DNA from: Sphyrna mokarran
Lineage: Eukaryota
Direction of reading: 5' to 3'
Assembly: GCA_024679065.1 (NCBI GenBank)
Contig: JAGIQG010000009.1
Coordinates: 81,096,001-81,160,000 of the forward strand
Length of the DNA stretch: 64,000 bases
Positions within the stretch are counted from its first letter, which is position 1; each line of letters opens with the position of its first letter. This document shows, in pieces, positions 35,279-49,424 of this stretch. The position numbers were made by a program, and so were the translations under genes. Under the pieces are notes generated by a model. That model made no database searches. It had not been told where the DNA came from and worked only from the letters and a program-made list of their open reading frames with translations.

Positions 35279-35607
35279 CTAGGCACATTCTGAACTCCTG
35301 ACACTCTTGCTGAGGGGAGAGGAGAGGCTCACGTGGGTGAGGGCACAGGAGAAGCGAGCGTTGGACTCCCAGTCGGAGCCAGAGAGGGTCAGCAGGCTGC
35401 TGACGCTGTAGGTGTTGTCCGAAGCTCGCAGGTAGTTGCTGGTCTGAATCCCGTTGGAAATGGCTGCACCGTCCTTCTTCCACTTCACCTCCACCTCATC
35501 GGGATAGAAGTGATCGGCAAGGCACACCAGGGTGGCAGTGCCCTTGGTCTTGACCTCCTCCGGGGAGGGGGGCAGCAGGGTCAGCGTGGGTTGTGAATTC
35601 TCACGGG
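35279..35607 (-). CDS. IGKC: Ig kappa constant exon, cluster 2
   Basis: 329 nt like C1; AG acceptor 35608-35609; protein differs from C1 at LADH vs LANH. Confidence 0.96.
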
Positions 35608-37556
35608 CTGGAAGAGAAGAGAAGGAATTTTAATCACTGCCATTTTCAGCCTTTCATCATCCCGAATATTAACTGGGATCAAATCAGTGTCAATGTTTTG
35701 ATGTTGCAGAATTCTGAAAATCCATTCGAGGGGAACGTTTTTAACCAGTCCGGAACAATCCCAACAAGGGAAGGGTCAATTTTAGCAGTTTTAGAGAATG
35801 AAACTCAGCATGTGGAAGGTGTATCAGTGAGAGAGCATTTGGGTAATAATGATCATAATAGATTTAGAGTAGCTCCGGAAAAGGGGAAAGATCGATCAAG
35901 AGTAAACGTTTTAAATGGGAAAAGGCCAATTTCACTAAACTGGAATTTGCCAAAATGGACAGGAAACAGTGACTTGAAGGTAAATCAGTGTCAGAGCAGT
36001 GGGAGGATATTCGAGCTGGAGATAGAGTTCAGGACATATATGTTCATCAAGCAATAGTGTGGGACATTGCAAAGAGAATAACTAAGGATTAAATAGGGCT
36101 GATTAGAGAGCAAAAAGGTAACTTGTGTGTGGAAAGAGAAGACGTATAGCTGGTTCTTAATGAATAATTTACATCAAATATCATAAGTGGGAGAGACAAA
36201 GTTGACATTGTAGGTTCAGGAGAGGAGGGATTGTGAAATAATTAATGGGATAATGATCGTTAGCGAGGAGATAGTAATGTATTTATCACCATTTAAAATG
36301 AAGAAATTCCCAGGGCCGGGTGAAATGTATCCCAGGATGCGAAGGGAATCAAGGGAAGAAATAGCAGAGACTCTGACCATTATTTTCCAATTCCCTCTGG
36401 GTATAGGTGTTAGTGTAGGTGGACTGGAGGATGGATAATGCTTTTTAAAATCAAAAGCTGATGGCACATTCGATTTTAAATTAGTTCAGTGTCTGAGGGA
36501 AAAGATTTGATTTGAAGCCGGTTGAATCATTTTGCATTGTTACTGAAACTGTAAAGAAGATGACTACAAATTCAGCACTGAAATGGTTAATTTTGAGAGT
36601 ATTTAAAGACACAGTGTCCCTTTAAGAGACTGTTAACCAATCAGGAAGCTGGAACTATTGCTCAGTCTGTCTGGGGGAAACAGGTTGAGCATCAACAAAC
36701 CTCAGATCACACACAGATCAGGAGAACTTTATCCCAGAACATTGGAGCAGACTTGGATCAACACACTTCACACAGGATTCCCATTGGCTGGTGTAGAACC
36801 TTCTAGATTTCATTTCAAACCTTACCGCCCAACACTGGGCTGAGGTCAAGGGTGAGGCTCGAATTAGTCTCAGTGTCCAGGGGTCAGACAGGGTCAGTGC
36901 TCCTAATGACCCCATGAACTCTGGAGGGTGGTTTTATGTTATCAATGGGAGAGAGTCAGGATTCGGAATCTCCAACCTCACAGACAGAATTACATTTCTA
37001 TAGCACCTGTCACCACCTCAGAATGTCCCAATGTGTTTTACAGCTCACTGTGCACAGCAAGATCCCGGAGAGCAGAGTGAGAAAGAACAGATAAGCAGAT
37101 TTGTAGTGATATTGATTGAGGGATGAATATTGACCAGTTCCCGTGGTGTACTCCCCTGCTCTTCTTTCGATGGGATCTTTCACACCCCCTGAGAGGGCAG
37201 ATATCAGATTGTCTCATCTGAAAGATGGGAGACCTGTAGTTTCAGGGGGGATATGACAGGTACTGGCTCTTTCCCCATGAAGATTTTGGAAGTGGATGGA
37301 GAAAGTGGGAGGTGAATGAGAGAAACATCTTTGTTGCTGCTGAAACTCTTGCTATCTGCTCAGTCACAACTAATAAACACACAGACACATCAAACATCAG
37401 TCTGTTTCTGTGGATTCTCTGCTGCTTTCAGATCAATGAAGAGTGCAGGAGGACATGCCAGGAGTAACAACAGAAATACTGAAAAATGAGGTGTTAACCT
37501 GGCGAAGCTACAACACAGAGACTGTTTGCCAAACTGCAGAAGCAGCAAGTGATAGA

Positions 37557-40538
37557 ACATAGAACATAGAACATTACAGCGCAGTACAGGCCCTTCGGCC
37601 CTCGATGTTGCACCGGCCAGTGGACCCTCTAACCTAAACTATCCCAATATCATCCATATGCCTATCCACTGACCATTTGAATGCCCCCAAAGTAGGCGAA
37701 TCCACAACTGCTACAGGCAGGGCATTCCATGCCCTCACCACCCTCTGTGTAAAGAACCTGCCTCTGACATCCGTCCTATAACTACCACCTCTTAATTTAA
37801 AGTTATGTCCCCTTGTGTTGGTCATCACCATCCGAGGAAAAAGGCTGTCACTATCCACCCTATCCAATCCCTTGATCATCTTATACGCCTCAATTAGGTC
37901 ACCGCGTAACCTTCTTCTCTCTAATGAAAATAACCTCAGGTCCCTCAGCCTTTCCTCATAAGGCCTTCCCACCATACCAGGCAACATCATGGTAAACCTC
38001 CTCTGCACCCTTTCCAATGCTTCCACATCTTTCTTATAATGCGGCGACCAGAACTGTACGCAATACTCCAAGTGCGGCCGCACCAGAGTTTTGTACAGTT
38101 GTAACATAACCTCACGGCTCCTAAATTCAATCCCTCTACAAATAAAAGCTAACACACCGTACACCTTCTTAACAACTTTATCAACCTGGGTGCCAACTTT
38201 CAAAGAGCTATGTACTTGTACCCCAAGATCCCTCTGCTTGACAACGCTATTAAGGGTCCTTCCATTAGCCCTATATTTCAGATGCCTGTTATTCCTACCA
38301 AAGTGAATCACCTCACACTTATCCGTATTGAATTCCATTTGCCACCTCACGGCCCAGCTCTGCAACTATCTATGTCCCTCTGCAAACTGTAACATCCATC
38401 CTCGCTGTCTACAACTCCCCCCACTTTGGTATTGTCAGCAAATTTACTAATCCAACCCTCTATACCCTCATCTAGGTCATTTATAAAAATGACAAACAGC
38501 AGTGGCCCCAAAACAGATCCTTGAGGTACACCACTTGTAACTGCACTCCAGGTTGAATATTCCCATCAACCACCACCCTCTGTCTTCTATCAGCTAGCCA
38601 ATTCCTAATCCAAACTGCTAAATCACCTTCAATCCCATGCATCTGCACTTTCTGCAGTAGCCTACCATGGGGAAACTTATCAAACGCTTTGCTAAAATCC
38701 ATATACACTACATCAACTGCCTTACCCTTATCTACCTCTTTGGTCACCTCCTCAAAAAACTCAATAAGGTTTGTGAGACACGACCTACCCTTCACAAAAC
38801 CGTGCTGACTATCCCTAATCAATTTATTTCTCTCCAGATGCTTATAAATCCTATCCCTTATAATTCTTTTCAAGACTTTGCCCACAACAGAAGTCAGGCT
38901 CACCGGTCTATAATTTCCAGGATGGTCCCTACTCCCCTTTTTGAACAAAGGGACAACATTTACCATCCTCCAGTCTTCCGGCACTCTACCTGTAGCTAAC
39001 GACGACATGAAGATCAAAGTCAAAGGCTCTGCAATCTCCTCTCTAGCCTCCCAGAGAATCCTAGGGTAAATCCCATCTGGCCCAGGGGACTTATCAATTT
39101 TCATACCCTCAAGATTCGCTAACACCTCCTCCTTATGAACCTCAATCCTGCCCAGTCTACAACCTGGTATCGCAGTATTCTCCCCGACAACATTGTCTTT
39201 CTCCTGCGTGAATACTGACGAAAAATACTCACTCAGTGTCTCTCCTATCTCCTCAGGCTCCACACACAACTTCCCACTGCTATCTCTGACTGGCCCTAAT
39301 CTTGCCCTAACCAATCTTTTATTATTTATATACCTGTAAAAAGCTTTAGGATTCTCCTTAATCCTATCCGCCAAAGTCTTCTCGTGTCCTCTTCTAGCTC
39401 TTCTCAACTCCCTCTTTAGCTCCTTCCTGGCTGATTTATAGCTCTCTATTGCCCTAACTGAGCCTTCACGTCTCATCATTATATAAGCCTCCTTCTTCCT
39501 CTTCACCAGAGATTCAACTTCCCTAGTACACCATGGTTCCCTCACTCGACCACTTCCTCCCTGCCTGGCAGGTACATATTCATTAAGGACATGCAGAAGC
39601 TGTTCCTTAAATATGCTCCACATTTCAGATGTCCCCAGCCCCTGCAATTTCCTGCTCCACCCTATGCATCCTAAATCTCTCCTAATAGCCTCATAATTAC
39701 CTTTCCCCCAGCTATAACTACTGTTATTCGGTACGTGCCCATCCCTTTCCATCACTAAGGTAAACGTAACCGAATTGTGGTCACTATCACCAAAGTGCAC
39801 ACCCACCTCCAAGTCTAACACCTGGTCTGGTTCATTACCCAGTACCAAATCCAATATAGCCTCGCCTCTTGTTGGCCTATCTACATACTGAGTCATGAAA
39901 CCTTCCTGCACACATTGAACAAAAACTGACCCCTCTAACGTACTTGAACTATAGCTTTTCCAATCGATATTAGAAAAGTTAAAGTCCCCCATTACAACTA
40001 CCCTGTTACTTTCACACCTATCCAGGATCAACTTTGCAATCCCTTCCTCTACTTCTCTGGAACTTTTTGGAGGCCTATAAAAAACTCCCAACAGTGTGAC
40101 CTCTCCTTTCTTGTTTCTAATCTCAGCCCACACTACCTCAGCAGACAAGTCCACATCAAACGTCTTTTCTGCCACCGTAATGCTGTCCTTAACTAACAAT
40201 GCCACTCCTCCCCCTCTTCTACCACCACCTCTGCTCTGACTGAAACATCTGAACCCCGGAACCTGCAACAACCATTCCTGCCCCTGCTCTATCCACGTCT
40301 CTGAAATGGCCACAACATCGAAGTCCCAAGCACCAATCCAGGCTGCAAGTTCATCCACCTTATTACGTATACTCCTTGCATTAAAGTATACACATTTCAA
40401 ACCACCCTCCCGTTTGCCACTATACTGCTGCGACCTAGAAACCTTATCCGTGACCTCCCTATTCACATCCTCCTGTATACTGGCACAACAATTTAGGTTC
40501 CCATCCCCCCCACTGAATCAGTTTAAACTTCCCCGAAT
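37557..40538 (-). mobile_element. Near full-length CR1 ORF2 (AP endonuclease + RT) in the cluster 2 intron, one frameshift near 38560
   Basis: CVYFNARSI, SETW, GDFN, SDH (APE); YMDFSKAFD, PQG, FAD (RT). AGTG(A/G)TAGA duplicated at 37548-37556 and 40539-40547; empty site at ~13335. Confidence 0.95.
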
Positions 40539-43500
40539 AGTGGTAGACAGAGTTAAACCACCCCACAATCAATGGATCTGATCTAAGTTCTGCAGTCCTG
40601 CCACATCCAGCCGTGAATGGTGGCAGACAATTAAACAACTCACTGGAGGAGGAGGTTCACAAATATTCCCATCCTCAATGATGGAGGAACCCAGCACATC
40701 AGGAGAAAAGATAAGTCTGAAGCATTTGCAGGAATCTTCAGCCAGAAGTTCTTAGTGGATGATCCATCTCGACCTTCCCCGGTGGTCCTAAAGACTGTAC
40801 TCCAGAACTTCCCGTGTCCCTAACCAAGCTGTTCCTGTACATCTACAACACTGACATTAACACAACATTGTGATAAATTACCCAGTTATGAACTGTGCAC
40901 AAAAAACAGGACAAATCCAATCTACACAATAACCACCCCATCAGTCTACTCTCGATCATCAGCAATGTGATCTGAACATATCCAGAGCGATACCAAGCAG
41001 CACTTACTCAGCAATAATCTGCTCACTGACACTCAGTTTGTGTTCTACCAGGGTCACTCAGCTCCTGATCTCATTACAGTCTTGGTTCAAACATGGACAA
41101 AAGAGCTGAACTCCAGAGGTGAGGTGAGAGAGACTGTCCTTAACATCAAGGCAGCATTTCAGCAAGTGTGGCATCAAGGAGCCCTCACAAAACTGGAGCC
41201 AATGGGAATCAGGGGAAAACTCTCCACTGGTTGGAGTTGTACCCGGCACAAAGGAAGATGGTTGTTGTTTGGGGTTTAACTCTACAATCTATATTAATGA
41301 GCTGGATGAACGGAATGAGAGGAATGTCACTAAACTTGCTGATGATAATATGAAAAACAGAAATGCATGTTGTGAGGAGGATACAGAGTCTGAAAAGGGA
41401 TAGAGATAGGTTCAGTGAGTGGGGAAACATCAACAGATGGAGAATAATGTGGGAAAATGAGATTGTCCACTTTGGCAGGAGAATAGAGCAGAATACTAGT
41501 AAACTGGAGAAATTCTATCGAGTGATCTGGGTGTTTTGCATCCAGGAACAGAAAAATATTAGGAAGACAAATGGAATGTTGCTCTTCATTCCAATGAGAA
41601 TGAGTATAAAAGGAGGGATGTTTTACTACAGCACATTGGGAAAATCACAGTGAGAATATTGTGGATACTTAGGGTCTCCTTACTTAAGGAAAGATATAGT
41701 AGAATTGGAAAGAGTTCAGAGATGGTTCACTGGGTTGATTCCACCGAGTAAGGGATTGTCTTATGAGGAAAGTTTGAGCAGGTTGGGCCGATACTCATTG
41801 GAGTAGAACTTATTCCATCACCTCAGCACCATCTTCACCAGGGCAATTAGGGATGGGTGATAAATACTGGTCTGCAGAGAATCACAGGAAATAGGAACAG
41901 GAATAGGTCATTTGGCCCTTTGAGACTGTTCCACTATTCATCATGGTCATGGCTGATCATCCAATCAGTAGTCAGTTCCTGCCCTCCCTAACAAATCCTT
42001 CCATCCTATTCACCCCAAGAGATAAATCTAACTCCTTCTTGGAAATGTACAATATTTTGTCCTCACCTGCTTTCTGTGACAGTGAATTCCACAGGTTTAC
42101 CCCTCACTGGGTGAAGGAATTTCTCTTGACCTCAGTCCTAAAAGGTTTACCCCATATTCTCAGACGATGATGCCTCAAACTGGACGCTACCAGCATTTGG
42201 AACATACTTCCTGTATTTATCCCGACTGGTCCTATTGGAATTTTATAGGTTTATATGTGAACCTCTTCATTCTTCTGGACTGCAGTGGGGGCAGGTGCAG
42301 TGACACAGTGGTTGGCACTGCTGCCTCACAGTGCCAGGGAGCCAGGTTCAATTTCCAACTTGGCTCACTGTCTGTGTGGAGTTTGCACATTCTCCCCATG
42401 TCTGTGTGGATTTCCTCCCACAGTCCAAAGTTGTGCAGGTTAGATGAATTGGCCAAGTTAAATTCTCCCTCAGAATACTTGAAGAGGCGTGGGAATGTGG
42501 CCACGTGGGAATTTTCACAGTGACTTCATTGCAGTGTGAATGTATGTCGACTTGTGGCGAATAAATAAACTTAAAATAAAATCTTAACCAGTGCAATCTC
42601 TCCTCCTACATCAAATCCACTATCGCATAAATCATTCCAGTAAACATTTGCTGCAATTCTTCTATCGCAAAAACACCTTCCTCAGAAAAGGAGATAAAAC
42701 TGTACACATTATTCCCAGTGTCATCTCACCAAGGTCCTGTCTAACTGCAGAAAGACAGAATTACAAGGGACAGGGATAGGGTAGATATGAGGAAACGTTT
42801 TCCCCTTAATCACAGAGGCAGCAGATTCTGAGGGAATTGAGGGAAATCTTTTCACCCAGAGGGTGCTGGCAATCTGGAACTCACTGCCTGAAAGGATGGT
42901 GGAGGTGGGAACCTTCACAACATTTAAGAAACATTTAGATGAGCACTTGAAATTCCAAAACAAACAAAGCAACGGACCAAATGCTGGAAAATGGGATTCG
43001 AATCGATAGATGCTTAATGGGCGGCACAGACATGGACAGTAGAATCTCTAAAGTGCAGATGGAGACCATTCGGCCCATCGAGTCTGCATCAACTCTTACC
43101 CCATAAACCCCATGTATTTACCTCACTATTCCCCCTAACCTATTCGAATTTTATAATTCTCCATGAGATATTTCCTCATTCCTCTGAACTCCAGTGAATA
43201 TAAGTCTTAACCACTCAATCTCTCCTTGTACATCAATCCCATTATAACAGGAATCAGTCTGGGATACCTTCTCTGCACTTCCTCTAGAGCAAAAATATCC
43301 TTCCTGAGATAGGGAGACAAAACTGTGCACAATATTCCCAGTGCTGCCTCACCAAAGCTCTGTATAACTGCAGCAGGTCAGAATTATGAAGACATAGAGC
43401 AGATATGAAGGAACTTTTCCCCTGTTAGCAGTAGATTCAAAAACCAGGGAGCATAGATTTAATTTCAGAAGCAGAAGATTTTGAGGGATTGGAGGAAAAA

Positions 43501-45415
43501 CCTTTTCACTCAGAGAGTGTTGGGAATCTGGAACTCACTGCCTGAAAGGGTGGTGGAGGCAGGAACCCTCACAACATTTCAAAGAACAAAGAACAAGAAA
43601 CAAAACAGCACGGGAAACAGGCTCTTCGGCCCAATGAGCCCACGCAGCCACCCCGATGTTCCCACATCTACCGTGATCCCTGTCTATGTTTATAGATCTA
43701 TGGATTAAAAGCCAAATTTGAGACAATTTAGGGAGAATTTGTTTTGCTAATTAGCCTAAGAGCACATCTTTGGGATGTGGGAGGAAACCGGAGCACCCAG
43801 AGAAAACCCATGCAAGCACGGGGAGAATGCGCAAACTCCCACAGACACAGTCCAAATCCACGTATCTGCACAGCACAGTGATAGTCACTGAGCTGTCGTG
43901 TTGCCCATCAAATGGTCCAGGTCAAGCGTACACTAACGACGTGAAGCACTGGGATACTCTTGAAAAAAATCCAAGAGCAGCCCTCTCACAACCCATCGCG
44001 TGTATGCCCCTCGTTCGACAACAAGGTGGATCAAAGCATCTGTAGGATAAAAACCCATGTTCTGCCAAGTGAGAAATAATTCCATTCTTGACAATGGCCA
44101 AGAATGTAACATTACCATTTTCTGGAAAATTCTGATGTGCATTGAACACAGAACATTACAGCGCAGTACAGACCCTTGATATTGTGCTGACCAGTGTAAC
44201 CAATGTAATGACTCTCTAACCTTAACTATTCCAATATTACTCATCTGCCTATCCAATGACCATTTGAATGCCCTTAAAGTTGGCGAATCCACAACTGCTA
44301 CAGGCAGAGCATTCCACGTCCTTATTGCCCTCTGAGTAATTGCAAAAATCTGCAGGTTTGATGGATTGGCCATTCTAAATTGCCCCTAGTGTGTTCTTTA
44401 GGTGGGTTAGCAATGGTAAATGTGCAGGGTTACAGGGAGCCTGGATAAGAAGCTCTTTTGGAGAATCGGGTGAAAAGATTTGCCTCACGTCTCTCAAAAT
44501 CTGCTGCCTCTGTGATCAAAGGGAAAAGTTTCCTCATATCTACCCTATCTCTGTCTCTCATAATTCTGTGGATGGACGGAATATCCTCCTCCTGCGCTGT
44601 AGGGATTCAATGGCAAATGAAAAAGTACACGGACTGTGTAAGGTTTTCATGGCTGAAAGGACCCATTTTAAATGATCCCTGTTCTGACCAGTTGAGGATA
44701 GCTGATTATTCCTTACCCTGAGAAAACAAAATTGGGATCCAGTTCAGGAAGTTAACAAATGAGGCACCCTGTCTGAGGACTGGTCACAACATGTACACAG
44801 CAAGATCCCACACACAGCAATGAGAACAATCAGCATTTTCAGTGATGTTGAATCTGGGATAAATGTCGGATTGAACTCATCCCAAAGAGAAAGTAACAAA
44901 AGCTTGGAACACTGAAGCCACTGGATTGTGAGCCCTGCTGTGGCTGTTTGTCATCAGAACTTCAGCAAGAGATAAGCAGGGAGTGGAGAGAGCAGAGTGA
45001 AAGCTGGGGCAGGTGGCACCTCGGTGTCTCACTGTGCTGCTGCTGTGATCAGTTATATCAGAGAGTGAGACAGAGAGCTCAACTTCACATCAAACTCTGC
45101 CTGTGTGTGTCACACTGAGACCGACAGGAGTCTAGAGAGTGATTTCACTCCATGCTGCAGGAATGTGAACACAGTCTGCAAACGTCCAGATCTCCTGCAC
45201 ACGGTGGGTAAAAGCTGCTTACTGAAATCTTGCTGTTTAAAGGGGGGAATGGAAGGAAAGAAATACAGCTGGACTCCCTGTTCTACACAATGTTCTTCAA
45301 TCAACCATTTCATTGACTGCAACTTCCTCACTAACACCTTCAACTATTCAGTATTTGTGTTTGAGAAAGTTTCAGCATTGAAAGGGTTAATAACGGAGGA
45401 TTGGGCTTTACTTAC

Positions 45416-45450
45416 TCAGTCTGAGTTTGGTTCCTTTACCGAACGTAAGA
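45416..45450 (-). CDS. IGKJ: Ig kappa J segment, cluster 2
   Basis: LTFGKGTKLRL plus GTAAGT donor; first base T versus C in J1. Confidence 0.96.
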
Positions 45451-45489
45451 CACACTGACAGCTTCCAGTGCAGGAGCTGTACAAAAACC
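45451..45489 (+). promoter_or_regulatory. 23-RSS of J2
   Basis: CACACTG + 23 bp + ACAAAAACC, identical to the J1 RSS. Confidence 0.95.
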
Positions 45490-45759
45490 TCTGTCTCTGA
45501 CTCACTCACTCACTCATCTCTTTCTTTCTCTCTCTTTCTCTCTCTCTGTTTCACTCAGTATCCCTGTGTTTTATTTTGAATGTTGAGAATTCTAATGTGA
45601 GATGATAAATCTTTCAGCTGCTCTTCATATGTGAACATGGAGAGTAAGGGAGAAACACGAGGCCTTCAGTGAGCATTGGACACCACAATGTGTCCATTAT
45701 TATATATTATATAAAACTGTGGGATGTGTCAGTACAGGAGATGGGACTGTGTGTGTTGG

Positions 45760-45787
45760 GGTTTTTGTAAGGCTCTGTATCACTGTG
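45760..45787 (-). promoter_or_regulatory. 12-RSS of V2
   Basis: CACAGTG-ATACAGAGCCTT-ACAAAAACC on the minus strand. Confidence 0.97.
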
Positions 45788-46087
45788 TAAGGGGCCAGCT
45801 GTTATATTGCTGACAGTAATAATCAGCGACATCCTCATTCTGAACATTGCCGATTGTCAGGGTGAAACTTGTCCCAGATCCACTGCCGCTGAATCGGTCG
45901 GATACTCCTGATGCAGTATTTGATGCACCATAGATCAGCCGAGTCGGTTTCTGTCCTTCTCGCTGTTGATACCAACTCACATAGCTGCTAACAGACTGAC
46001 TGGCCGTACAGGTGATGGTGGCGGTCTGGCCCAGGCTCACTGACAGCACCGGGGGAGTCTGGGTCATGATGATCTCTCCATTGATAC
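45788..46087 (-). CDS. IGKV: Ig kappa V exon, cluster 2 (unrearranged)
   Basis: [96 protein letters not shown]; open frame, AG acceptor at 46088-46089. Confidence 0.97.
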
Positions 46088-46273
46088 CTGAGGGGTAATA
46101 GAGAAACAGAGTGAAGTCAGAACTGTCACAGAAAGAGGCTGTACAATGAGATATTGTTGGAGACACTGACTGTTCCTCTCCTTTCAACATTTTCCCTTCA
46201 ATCACAAGTCAGGAGAATTGGATTGAAATAGAGAGCAGGAAAATATTCAAGGTGGAAGGAGAGAGATTAGTAC

Positions 46274-46322
46274 CTGCGATGCAGAATGCCAGAGGCCAGA
46301 GCAGCTGGATGGCTGAAATCAT
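46274..46322 (-). CDS. IGKV: Leader exon of V2
   Basis: Identical to the V1 leader; GT donor at 46272-46273. Confidence 0.93.
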
Positions 46323-46382
46323 GGTGTGTGCTCGTGTCCCTGTGCCTGGATACTGATAAACTCTCCCTTCACTGGGCTCTGC

Positions 46383-46480
46383 TTTATAAAGCTGCAGCCT
46401 GTGAGAGTCTCACTGCCTGTTCCTCAGTTTGTAAATGGTCTGACCCAGAGAAACCACGTCAGCATCTTTCACTTCCTTTT
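46383..46480 (-). promoter_or_regulatory. V2 promoter
   Basis: Same motif order as V1; AAAAGGAAGTGAAAG with EICE core at 46467-46476. Confidence 0.7.
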
Positions 46481-49424
46481 CTTCTCTCTCTGTCCCTCAG
46501 AATCTGTCCCTCAGACTCTGTCCCTCACTCTTTTGATCTCTCTCTCTGTCGCCGTTTGTCTCTCTTTCTCTATCTCTCTCTCTCTCTATATTTGTCTTTC
46601 TCTCTCTCATTCTCAGTCTTTCTCGATATTTGTCCCTCAGTCTCTGTCTCCCTCACTCTATCACTCCCTCAATTGCTGTCTCTTTCAATCTCTGATTAAC
46701 TCTTCATTTGTCTCTCTTTCTGTCCACCACACTCTTGCTGTCTCATTTTTTTGTCCTTCCTGTCTCACACTCGTTGTTTACCCTCTCAATGAGTCTTTCT
46801 TTCTCTCTTCTCATTCTCCCTCTCAGTTCCTCCCTCACTTTATCTCATAAAGTTATCGAGTCCTAGAGGTTTACAGGGAAGAAACAGGCCCTTCAGCCCA
46901 ACATGTCCATGCTGCACTTTTTTTAAACCCGTAACCATAATTGCCCACGTTTGGCCCATATCCCTCTATACCCATCTTACCCATGGAACTGTCTAAATGC
47001 TTTTTAAAAGACAAAATTGTACCTGTCTCTATTACTATCTCTGGCAGATTGTTCCAGATACTCACCACCCTCAGTGTGAAAAAATTGCCTTTTGTGCAGT
47101 TTTGTATCTCTCCCCTGTCTTCTTAAACTTATGTCCTCTAGTTTTAGACTCTGCTACTTTTGGGAAAAGATATTGATTATCTGGCTGATCTATGCCCCTC
47201 ATTATTTTATAGACCTCTGTAAGATCACCCCTCAGCCTTCTATGCTCCAGAAAAAAAATTCCAGCCTCTCCTTATAACCTAAACCATCAAGTCCTGGTAC
47301 TATGATCAAGCCCTGATCTCACTAACCTGTTACCTCTGACCTCACTGTCCTCCAATTTCCTCCATGGCCTCACTCCTCCCTACCCCTGTGTTCTTGCTCC
47401 AGATTCACATTTCTCCCTCACCTTCCATCTGTTGACTCTGCTCCTTGGCCCATCGCTGCTTCTGTCATCCCATCTTTGACAGCAGAGTCTTCAGATACCC
47501 TGGTCCTGCTTTCTGTCTTCCCACCCTTAATCTCTCTTCCTCTCCAAATCTTTCTCCCCATCAAATTCTTTCACCCCAGCCTTCGATCTCTTTTCCTAAA
47601 CTAACCCCAGCTTCTCCTCCATTCCTCTTATGCTGCTCTGTGAAACATAATGGGCTATGTTGTACACTATATAAATTCAGGTTCTGTGTAGATTTTGGTT
47701 TGGGACAGAATTAAACACAGTGGTGAAGGCTCTTGCAGTCAAATATCCTGCTGACAGGATCCAGACTTCAACACACAGAATGGGACATTGTGTAAAGTAG
47801 GAATTATTAAAAATGTATTCATTGATGGGATGTGGGTGTCACTGGCTGTCCCAACATTTATTGCCCATCCCTAATTGTCCTTGCGAAGATGGTGATGAAT
47901 TGCCTTCTTGAACTGCTGCAGCCCATGAGGTGTACACACACCCACAGTGCTGTTAGGGAGGGATTTCCAGGATTCTGACCCAGCGACAGTGCATGAACAG
48001 AGATGTATTTCCATTTCAGAATGGCATGTGGCTTGAAGGGGAATCTCCTGGTGATGTTGATCCCAGGGATCTGCTACACTTGTCTTTTCAGGTGATAGTG
48101 GTCGTGAGTTTCGAAGGTGCTGCCTCAGGAACTTTGTTGAGTTCATGCAAGGCATCTTATAGATGGCACACACTGCTGCCACTGTTCGACAGTGATGGAG
48201 GGATTTAATGTTTGTGAATGGGGTGCCAATCGAGTGGGGCTGCTTTGTTCTGGATGACGTTGAGGTTTTTGAGTGTTGCTGGAGCTCTACTCATCCAGAC
48301 AAGTGGAGAGTATTCCATCACACTCCAGACTTGTGCCTTGTAGATGGTGGAGAGGCTTTGGAGAGTCAGGATGTGAGTTACTCACTACAGGATTCCTATC
48401 CACTGACCTTCTCTTGTAGCCACAGTATTTATAGCCTGGTCCAGTTCAGTTTCTGGCCAATCATAACCAACAGGATTTTACAGTGGGGGATTCAGCGATG
48501 GTAATGACATTGAATGTCAAGGGGAGATGTTAAAATTCTCTCTTGTTGGGGATGGTGATTCCGTGGTACTGATGTGGCATGAATGTTACTGCTTCAATAT
48601 CTGAGGAGTTGTGAATGGTGCTGAGCATTGTGCAATCATCAGTGAACATCCCCACTTCTGAAGGTCATTACTGAAGCAGCTGAAGATGGTTGTGTCTCAG
48701 ACACGACCCTGAGGAACTCCTGCAGTGATGTCCCAGGATAACTCCCTCCTGACTGTATCCCACTGTGCCTTCTGTGCTGGGAGATTGAAGGTAGTGAACA
48801 CGGTTCACCATTTTCTCCCGTCTCAGTAACAAACATCCAGCTGCTCTGAGCTCCTTCTTTCACTTCCTCTGTTGGTTACGTTTCAATCTTCCGATCTGAC
48901 AGTCTTTGCAGTTATTTTTGACACTGGGGATTTGTGCTGTGGTCTGAATCTCTAACAATAACTGTCCAATCAGTGAAAAGAACAACAGCTCAGAGCAGTC
49001 AGGACTGAGGAGCCAGGCTCACTGGGAAACACATTGGGAAGATCAAAGCCGTGGTCTTCAGCTCCCGATACAAACTCCATCCCTCCCGCTGAGCACTGTC
49101 TGCTGCTCAACCACACACTCTACAACATTGGCCTCAACTTTGACCCTGATCTGACCCACCACCCTCCTCCCCTCTGCCCTTTCCCTGCGACAAATCCTCC
49201 ACATCACAAAGTTTACTCTGCTGGCTCTTTCCTCGATCCAAACTGGATGTTTTCACACTCTCCACATTGAATTCCATCTGCCATTGTCTTCAGACCCCAT
49301 CACAAACTCTGTTCCCTCAACACTGATTCCATCCCTTCCCCTTTGGAGTGTCTGACACTGAACCACACAGTCCACAGCCATGGTGTCCTATTTGACCGTG
49401 AGATGACTTTCCCACCACATCACC

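Noticed and set aside
35593-36057. 154-aa plus-strand ORF recurring in the three units (8970, 35593, 62936)
   Set aside because: Antisense to the intron; contains decayed CR1 endonuclease motifs (VREHLGNNDHN); recurrence is explained by duplication or conversion.
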